This document shows, piece after piece, positions 54,523-60,810 of a stretch of DNA of 64,000 nt. The DNA is from an uncultured Pirellulales bacterium (GTDB taxonomy: Bacteria > Planctomycetota > Phycisphaerae > Sedimentisphaerales > Anaerobacaceae). The position numbers and the translations under genes are program-made. Under the pieces are notes generated by a model. That model searched no databases, had not been told where the DNA came from, and saw only the letters and a program-made list of their open reading frames with translations. Position 1 is the stretch's first letter. The number at the start of each line of letters is the position of its first letter. Location: assembly GCA_964601355.1 (NCBI GenBank), contig CAZRNB010000001.1, positions 825 through 64,824 on the forward strand, written 5' to 3'.

Positions 54523-54825
54523 ATGAGAAATAATAAAATACCTCCACTGCATCCTGGAGAGATTCTTCTTGAAGAATTCTTAAAGCCTCTGAATATAAGC
54601 CAAAATCAGCTTGGTCGAGACTTAGGAGTGTCTGCTCGAAGAATAAACGAGATTATTCATGGCAAAAGGAGCATAACAGCAGATACGGCTCTCCGTTTAG
54701 CCCGGTATTTTGGCAATTCGCCGCAGTTTTGGCTCGGCCTTCAAATAGATTACGATTTGGACGTGGAGACAGACAGGCTCTCACATCGAATAAAAAAAGA
54801 AGTGAAAAAATTAGCCTATGCGTAG
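54523..54825 (+). CDS. higA: HigA-type antitoxin (XRE-family HTH)
   Basis: HPGEILLEEFLKPLNISQNQLGRDLGVSARRINEIIHGKRSITADTALRLARYFGNSPQFWLGLQ. Confidence 0.9.
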   Translation: MRNNKIPPLHPGEILLEEFLKPLNISQNQLGRDLGVSARRINEIIHGKRSITADTALRLARYFGNSPQFWLGLQIDYDLDVETDRLSHRIKKEVKKLAYA

Positions 54826-55051
54826 GGTTCCCGCAAGGTGGGGTCCCAATCAAGAGATGCTATCACTTTTCAACCGAAAGGTAGGCAGTAAGAATGCCTG
54901 CACGACCCAAAGACTTATAGCTTTTCAACCTATTTGGAAGTTCATGCTTAAATCTCAAGCTTCCGCAAAATTACGTTATGTTTACAGAAATACGGGGTTT
55001 TATATAATACAATGTAGGTTTCCAGATAGGACCATCCGTTTGGATTGATTT

Positions 55052-55612
55052 ATGGATGAATCTCTGAAAGACTTACTCTTTAACTGTGGTTTGCAGAGTC
55101 CAGGTTCGTGGCTTATGAGCGCTTTATGACTCAAGCGTGCGGCTGAGGAGATTGACTATTGGAAGCATTATAAGGCTGATATAAATAGCCCGGAAGGCGA
55201 TTTTCAATTCATGATCCCCGTCTACAAGTTACTTTTAGGGCTCTCTTTCGAGAACTTGCTGAAAGGGATTGCAGTAGAACAACGTGGTTCAGGAGGTTCG
55301 CTTGGCAAGATCGAAAAAGATTTGACAACTCACCATATGGAGGACTTGCTAGATCTTGCCGACTTATCTGCGGTTTATATTTCAAATGAAGAAAGGTCTC
55401 TGCTGATTGATTTGGAGCAGTATGTAGTTTGGGCAGGTCGGTACCCACTCCCAAAGAAATCTGCAGACCTTTTTGCCAAAATGGACTCTTCCAATGACAA
55501 CAAAAATAGATTGGGACTTTGGGATCGCCTATTTACTCATCTAAAAAGTATCGGTTGGGTCACTAAGATGGACGGATCTAAATTATTCACTGGTAAACCT
55601 GTCAGTGAATAG
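55052..55612 (+). pseudogene. hypothetical (possibly HEPN-like) gene interrupted by an in-frame TGA, or a shorter 133-aa ORF starting at 55211
   Basis: The ATG at 55052 opens a frame that hits TGA at 55127-55129, then continues in the same frame through the ATG at 55211 to 55612. The segment YKLLLGLSFENLLKGIAV resembles the helix-1 'aiELlLKa' pattern of HEPN-type proteins (weak). Confidence 0.4.
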
Positions 55613-55627
55613 TTGCCAAAGCATAAC

Positions 55628-57283
55628 TCACCTGTTTCGTGTTTTAAGATAATCAAGAACCACTAATTTGTCGCTGAAATTGAATTTCTGGGTTCCGATT
55701 ATTTGGTAGTTTTCATGGCCTTTGCCGGCGATAAGCACAATATCATCCTTGCCGGCAGTTCTTATGGCTAACTCGATGGCCTTTCTTCTATCCGGCTCAA
55801 TTATTTTCGTCGCTCGTCGCTCGTCGCTCGTCGCTCGTAATTCCGTATGCGGTACCGCAGGCCCTTTTTCAAAACCTGTAACTATTTCATTAATGATGCC
55901 TCCGGGTTTTTCTGTTCGCGGATTGTCACTGGTGACGATTACAATGTCTGCTAATTCCTCGGCGACTTTGGCCATTCGAGGACGTTTGGTTCTGTCCCTG
56001 TCGCCGCCGCAGCCAAAAACGACTATCAATCTGCCTTTGCACAAAGGTTTCAGTGTCGTCAGGACGTTTTTCAAGGCATCATCAGTATGGGCATAATCAA
56101 TTAACACGTGACTCGTCCATTCTCCGTAGCACTGCGAAGGATGAATCGCTTGTCGCTCGTCGCTCGCTGCTCGTTCCCTGACCCCCGACCCCCGACCCCC
56201 GACTCCTGAACAATCGACTTTTTCCAATCGGCCAGGCACGCCCTGCAGGACCGAAAGGCCTGCTGCTATCGTTTCCAAATCCATGCCGGATGCAAGGCAC
56301 AATCCCGCTGCTGCAAGGTGATTGCTGACATTATGAAGACCCAATAAAGGAGTCTTTACGAGTGACGAGTGACGAGTGACGAGTGACGATTCGTCTGCAT
56401 ACTCTAAAGTGAAAACCGTTCCATTTATGTCCGTCGATTCGGTGTGAGCAGTAATATCCGCTGGTTCATCGATAGCATACCATAAGATTTTGGCCTTTGT
56501 ATTTTTGGCAATATGCTCAGCCTGGGGTGATTGCTTGTTCAATACCGCAACCGCATCAGGCAAAAGGGCGGAAAAAAGTTTCGTCTTGGCGGCCAAATAA
56601 TCTTCTGTGGTCTTGTGATAGTCCAGGTGGTCGCCGGTGAGGTTGGTAAAAGCTGCTGCTGTAAAATTTATCCCAGCCAGGCGATTCTGTGACAGGGCAT
56701 GGCTGCTGGCCTCGATGACCATATATTCGCAGCCGGCTTTAATCATTTCCTGCTGGATGCGTGCAATTTCCAGGCAATCCGGTGTTGTCATTGAAGCCTG
56801 GCAGATGCTACGGCCTGTGTCGTATTCAACGGTGCCGATTAGGCCGCACTTTTTGCCGGCCGTTTGTATTATCGACCGAACCAAATAAGCCGTAGTAGTT
56901 TTGCCGTTTGTGCCGGTGACGGCGAGATTGATTAGTAGCGAAGCCGGATTACCAGCCCTTGCCTGTGCCAGAAGGGCTGCCGCTTCTGCGGAATTTTTCA
57001 CGTCGATAATCTCGATACTCGATGCTTGATGCTGGATACCGTCACCACAGGGGTGACGGCTAAACATCGTCCATCGTCCGTCGTCTCTCGTCCCTCGTTT
57101 TTTCTTCTGGCAAACTATGTATTTTGCGCCTTTGGCGATGGCCTGGTCGATGAAGTCATGGCCGTCACAGTTGGCGCCTTTGATAGCTACAAATATATCG
57201 CCGTCTTTGACGAGCCGTGAATCAATGCAAATATTTGGGTGATCGACGGAAGATGCCAACGCTAATAATTCGTTGAATGTCAT
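55628..57283 (-). CDS. murE: UDP-N-acetylmuramoyl-L-alanyl-D-glutamate--2,6-diaminopimelate ligase
   Basis: VTGTNGKTTT, EASSHAL, FTNLTGDHLDYH, IDYAHTDDAL, FGCGGDRDRTKRP, DNPRTE and AGKGHE. The ORF is intact despite four repeat insertions. Confidence 0.95.
   Translation of the reverse strand: MTFNELLALASSVDHPNICIDSRLVKDGDIFVAIKGANCDGHDFIDQAIAKGAKYIVCQKKKRGTRDDGRWTMFSRHPCGDGIQHQASSIEIIDVKNSAEAAALLAQARAGNPASLLINLAVTGTNGKTTTAYLVRSIIQTAGKKCGLIGTVEYDTGRSICQASMTTPDCLEIARIQQEMIKAGCEYMVIEASSHALSQNRLAGINFTAAAFTNLTGDHLDYHKTTEDYLAAKTKLFSALLPDAVAVLNKQSPQAEHIAKNTKAKILWYAIDEPADITAHTESTDINGTVFTLEYADESSLVTRHSSLVKTPLLGLHNVSNHLAAAGLCLASGMDLETIAAGLSVLQGVPGRLEKVDCSGVGGRGSGVRERAASDERQAIHPSQCYGEWTSHVLIDYAHTDDALKNVLTTLKPLCKGRLIVVFGCGGDRDRTKRPRMAKVAEELADIVIVTSDNPRTEKPGGIINEIVTGFEKGPAVPHTELRATSDERRATKIIEPDRRKAIELAIRTAGKDDIVLIAGKGHENYQIIGTQKFNFSDKLVVLDYLKTRNR
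55805..55864. repeat. murE insertion 4: (TCGTCGC)x4 plus the palindrome GCGGTACCGC
   Basis: Tandem 7-mers at 55807-55834, then taattccgtatgcggtaccgcagg. Encodes GPAVPHTELRATSDERRATK between VTGFEK and IIEPDRR. Confidence 0.85.
56109..56216. repeat. murE insertion 3: mosaic of a core-like module, degenerate TCGTCGC 7-mers and family C GACCCCC units
   Basis: ctccgtagcactgcgaaggatgaatcgc-ttgtcgctcgtcgctcgctgctcgttcc-ctgacccccgacccccgacccccgactcc encodes CSGVGGRGSGVRERAASDERQAIHPSQCYGEWTSH, between GRLEKVD and VLIDYAHT. Confidence 0.85.
56360..56387. repeat. murE insertion 2: (GAGTGAC)x4 perfect tandem 7-mers
   Basis: Four exact copies encode SSLVTRHSSLV, before the conserved PLLGLHNVSN. Confidence 0.85.
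57012..57100. repeat. murE insertion 1: TCGATAC/GATGCTG 7-mers, perfect hairpin CCGTCACC-ACAG-GGGTGACGG, CATCGTC 7-mers
   Basis: Encodes KRGTRDDGRWTMFSRHPCGDGIQHQASSIE between IVCQKK and IIDVKNSAEA. Confidence 0.85.
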
Positions 57284-57287
57284 ATAA

Positions 57288-58172
57288 TCAAATAACTGCC
57301 GTTTTGTGCCTGTGACTGTGGCATTCGATATTCACTGCTACCGGCAGTGAGGCAATGTGGCAGGGTGCCATTTCAACTGCAGCCGCCAAGGCGGTAGTAT
57401 CACCGCCGAGTCCCTGCGGCCCCAAGCCAAGTGCGTTAATCCTCGAAAGCAAATCCGCCTCAATCGCAGCGTAAAACTCGCTGGGATTGTGTGAAGCCAG
57501 ATTTCGCAGCAGCGCCTTTTTGCTCAGCAGGCAGCTTAATTCAAAATCGCCGCCAATGCCCACTCCCACAATAAATGGAGGACAGGCATCCGCCCCAGCC
57601 GTTTTTACAGCATCGACGACCCAGTCAATAATCTGGTTTCTTTCCGCGGTGGGTTTAAACATCCTGAACTGGCTTTTGTTCTCACATCCGCCGCCCTTGG
57701 CCATGACGGTCAACTTTAACTTATCGCCGGGTACAATTGTATAATGAATTACAGCAGGCGTATTAGAGCTGGTATTTTCACGTTTATTCAAAGGTTCTGC
57801 AACAACGCTTTTTCGCAGGTATCCTTTCTCGTAACCGGCCTTGACGCCTGCATTGATAGCGTCGAGTGGGGTGGCGCAGTCTTTCCCTCCGCAGGACACC
57901 TTTCGGCGGACGGAAGATTTGAAAACGACATCCGCTCCCTGCTCGACAAACACTATCGCCAGGCCTGTGTCCTGACACAATGGTATTTGTTCAGCCGAAG
58001 CCATGCGGGCATTTTCAATGAGCTGATTTAATATTTTTGCTGCACGGGGATTGGATTCTTTACGTGCGGCTTTTTCCAGAGCAGCTAAAACGTCCTCAGG
58101 CAGCTCGTAATTAGCTGCTATACAAAGGGATTCGACCGTCTCAGCGATCTTTTCAAGCTCGATGTAGCGCAC
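57288..58172 (-). CDS. class I (Fe-S) fumarate hydratase / tartrate dehydratase alpha subunit
   Basis: LCIAANYELPEDV, IPLCQDTGLAIVF, NTPAVIHY and AKGGGCENKS. The GTG at 58172 is preceded by GAGGGA and avoids the 80-nt overlap implied by the ORF-track start 58274. Confidence 0.8.
   Translation of the reverse strand: MRYIELEKIAETVESLCIAANYELPEDVLAALEKAARKESNPRAAKILNQLIENARMASAEQIPLCQDTGLAIVFVEQGADVVFKSSVRRKVSCGGKDCATPLDAINAGVKAGYEKGYLRKSVVAEPLNKRENTSSNTPAVIHYTIVPGDKLKLTVMAKGGGCENKSQFRMFKPTAERNQIIDWVVDAVKTAGADACPPFIVGVGIGGDFELSCLLSKKALLRNLASHNPSEFYAAIEADLLSRINALGLGPQGLGGDTTALAAAVEMAPCHIASLPVAVNIECHSHRHKTAVI
57887..57908. repeat. 22-nt core copy in-frame in the fumarase alpha gene
   Basis: CTCCGCAGGACACCTTTCGGCG, read on the minus strand as RRKVSCG within the extra segment KSSVRRKVSCGGKDCATP. 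Confidence 0.8.
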
Positions 58173-58194
58173 AATAATAAAATCCCTCAAATCC

Positions 58195-60666
58195 TTATTT
58201 TCCCGGCAGATCGAAAGTTTTATACGTTGTATTATCAACGTCGTCTTTGACTTTGACGGTGAGGATATGCTCACCGGCTTTCAAATCTTCTACTACAATT
58301 GTGAAGCTCTCATCTGTAGTATCATAAACCAGGTCGTCAGGAATGGAGCCTTTCCATTCTGCATTGCTGTCAACGGTGTATTGCACCTCGCCGATTATGC
58401 TTAGCTCGTCATGCACCAGCAGCTTTAATGTTATTGTGCTGTCGGTTTTTGTAATAGAGTTTTCACCGATGACCGGCCCGGTATTATCGATTATCACCGG
58501 ATCGCTTATTCTGCTGTCCGTCAGTTTGGTTGCCGCATTATTGCTTCTTTCATCGCTTGCGGTTACTCTGAGCTCATACCGGCCATCTTCAACGGTCCTT
58601 CCGTCCCAGTCGAAGCTATCTGCTTCGTGCTCGTCTTCAAGCTCAATCCAGTTAGTTCTGCCGATTTTTCTAAGGTCTATCTTGTAGATCAGCTTGTCAC
58701 TGTTGTCGTCCTTTGCCTTATAGGTAATTTTGAATCCTCCGGGAAGGATTTTATTGGTAGGCTCAACCCGGCTGACATTGACGGATTCAACCTTCGGAGC
58801 CAGATTCGGCACGGTGCTGGCAACTGCAATTTCCCTTATAATGGGAGTTTTAAGACCGTCTTCGCTTTTCAGGATAAGTTTATATTGGCAGAATCTGCCG
58901 ATTGGACAAGACAGTTGTACCGGCTCATTTATCTCTATCGGCTCAGTCCAATCCGAAAAAGTTGGGTCGTTCACGTCTTCAACGTTACCGCTGCGGGATG
59001 CTATCAAAACCTTGCATCCCTGCGGGATGTCGGCCTCAATTTGCAGCTTGCCCCACCTGGCAGGCTGACCGGCGTCAATCAGGTCGGAAATGTAGGTACC
59101 ATCCGCAGCAAAAGTTTTGTTTAGCTTTATCAGCTTTGGAGGATTTGCGGTCCCAAGATACACAACACCATCGGCCACGGCTATCGATGTTATCTGTGAT
59201 GCCTGCTCGTCCTCATAAACAATTGCCTGCTGCTCCGTCGCCGGGTCGATGGTAAAAAGTTGAGCGGAGTTTCCCGTTCCTACAAGCAGCTTTGAATCTT
59301 GTTCGGCCAAGCAGAAGAAAACCGCTGTCTCGCTGAATACATCGGTTACAAAACCCTCTTTGTTTATTTTGTGTATAACGCTGGTTTTATCAGATTTGGC
59401 TGCCTGGCGGGGTGGCATCTTTTTGCCGGCTGATTCATCAACTGCTCGTCTTTTTATATTTGCTATTTGCAGCTTACGTCCCGATACATCGGGATTGACG
59501 GAGTCTTCCCGCTTTTGCGAGGGCACCTCAGGCCGACCCGCCACAAACGATTCCGCTGCAAAACTTGTTTCAGCCTGGACGGCCTGGGCCGATGTTGCCG
59601 CCGCGTATAAATATGTATCTGCAGAAGTCAAAGTCGATGCCGACAGCAGCGCTGTAATCTCAGGCTGCTCACTGTCATACAAAACCGTCGCTGTTTTAGT
59701 GCGTGGATTTATTTTATATACCAGTCCTCGGCCGTCGCTGCCGGCATAAATTGAACCATCTTTTGCAGTGGCTAACGAAAGGATGTTTTTGTCTCGACTG
59801 GTATAAATAATTTGTGCCTCTCTGCCCAGAGAGTCGAGCTGATACACATTGCCCTTCGGCCCCGTACCTAAATAAATATTACCTACATTATCGGTAGCTA
59901 TGGCGAAGATATATCTGGTGTCATCCGCAGCGCCGAAAGGTGTCCTGCGGAGCGGCGGGTCTGATCCGGTCCAGGCTTTCAGCCTGGTCGTCCTGGGCTC
60001 AAAAATCGTTTCCAGCTTGTTTCCTTCAAGCCGACACAGTCTGCATTCTTTACCACTTATACCTGCCAGCAGCCTGCCAGAAACATCGGTAGCCATCGCA
60101 AAAATATGCTCATTTGACAGATGCCGTTCTTCCCCCTCGGCTGCACTCGGGACAGGCTTAACCTCGTTTGCATCGTTGATCTCGTCTGTACTTTCAATCT
60201 CCGCAGGACACCTTTCGGTGCTGTCGGTGGCAGGCTCATTATCCTGCTCGGCATCCGGTTCTTCCCCCCGGAAGGGGTCCTGTGGACTGGGAGGATCTTC
60301 TATTGTGGGATTTTTCTCGGGCTTTTGATCACTTTGCAGAGGATATACCTTTGTCAATTGCCCGATGCTGTATTTATAAATGCCTCCGTTGGGACTTGTG
60401 CCGATGTAAATTATGCCGCCGCTTATAACGATGCTGTTTATCGACCAGACATTCTCGAGCTTCTCAACCAGAACTTGCGAGGCATATCCAAGCTGAATAA
60501 TCCCCCGAAGGTCAATGACAATGTTTTCGGTTTTGCCCTTTAGTAAATCAGCACCGCTTTTGTGGTGTATAATTTTTGTTGTGACCGCTCGGCTCTGAGT
60601 AACAAAAAACATAGGTAATATGCAGCTTGCAAGTGCACAAATCACAAAAATTCTTTTATGTGTCAT
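58195..60666 (-). CDS. secreted repeat protein (beta-propeller-like repeats plus C-terminal Ig-like region)
   Basis: Signal peptide (FVICALASCILPMFFV). A recurring motif (I/V)Y(L/I/A)G(T/S)xxxGx(V/I/L)(Y/F/I)K(Y/I/L) appears at least 5 times. An acidic disordered linker is present, and the C-terminus is beta-rich. Confidence 0.65.
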   Translation of the reverse strand: MTHKRIFVICALASCILPMFFVTQSRAVTTKIIHHKSGADLLKGKTENIVIDLRGIIQLGYASQVLVEKLENVWSINSIVISGGIIYIGTSPNGGIYKYSIGQLTKVYPLQSDQKPEKNPTIEDPPSPQDPFRGEEPDAEQDNEPATDSTERCPAEIESTDEINDANEVKPVPSAAEGEERHLSNEHIFAMATDVSGRLLAGISGKECRLCRLEGNKLETIFEPRTTRLKAWTGSDPPLRRTPFGAADDTRYIFAIATDNVGNIYLGTGPKGNVYQLDSLGREAQIIYTSRDKNILSLATAKDGSIYAGSDGRGLVYKINPRTKTATVLYDSEQPEITALLSASTLTSADTYLYAAATSAQAVQAETSFAAESFVAGRPEVPSQKREDSVNPDVSGRKLQIANIKRRAVDESAGKKMPPRQAAKSDKTSVIHKINKEGFVTDVFSETAVFFCLAEQDSKLLVGTGNSAQLFTIDPATEQQAIVYEDEQASQITSIAVADGVVYLGTANPPKLIKLNKTFAADGTYISDLIDAGQPARWGKLQIEADIPQGCKVLIASRSGNVEDVNDPTFSDWTEPIEINEPVQLSCPIGRFCQYKLILKSEDGLKTPIIREIAVASTVPNLAPKVESVNVSRVEPTNKILPGGFKITYKAKDDNSDKLIYKIDLRKIGRTNWIELEDEHEADSFDWDGRTVEDGRYELRVTASDERSNNAATKLTDSRISDPVIIDNTGPVIGENSITKTDSTITLKLLVHDELSIIGEVQYTVDSNAEWKGSIPDDLVYDTTDESFTIVVEDLKAGEHILTVKVKDDVDNTTYKTFDLPGK
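59931..59987. repeat. 22-nt core (59931-59952, reverse orientation) plus hairpin CCAGGCT-TTC-AGCCTGG, in-frame
   Basis: Encodes ...KAWTGSDPPLRRTPFGAADD... in the propeller-like protein. Confidence 0.75.
60199..60220. repeat. 22-nt core copy (one substitution) in the acidic linker of the same protein
   Basis: CTCCGCAGGACACCTTTCGGTG, read as TERCPAE. Confidence 0.75.
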
Positions 60667-60680
60667 AATAACTCCCAGAA

Positions 60681-60789
60681 GTGCCTAAAATTTAGAGTGA
60701 CTAAAGTGCCTAAAGTTACGAAATATAATCTTAGCTTGCTTTAGGCACTTTAGCTCACTTTAGGCACTTTAGCTCACTTTAGGCACTTT
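60681..60789. repeat. hairpin element, family D, long copy
   Basis: gtgcctaaaatttagagtgactaaagtgcctaaagt-loop-ctttaggcactttagctcactttaggcactttagctcactttaggcacttta, between the S55-like gene and the propeller-like gene. Confidence 0.8.
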
Positions 60790-60810
60790 ATCTAATTGGA
60801 TTCTGTCACA

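Noticed and set aside
55127-55129. In-frame TGA as a selenocysteine or other recoding site
   Set aside because: There is no SECIS-like hairpin immediately downstream, no redox-type motif around the codon, and no sel genes in view. A nonsense mutation or a downstream start is the simpler explanation.
60681-60789. Possible CRISPR array, given regularly repeated short units (also 43177-43263, 62159-62230, 34574-34642)
   Set aside because: The units are 7-10 nt with no spacers. The two halves are reverse complements of each other (a hairpin, not a repeat-spacer array). No cas genes are in the window.
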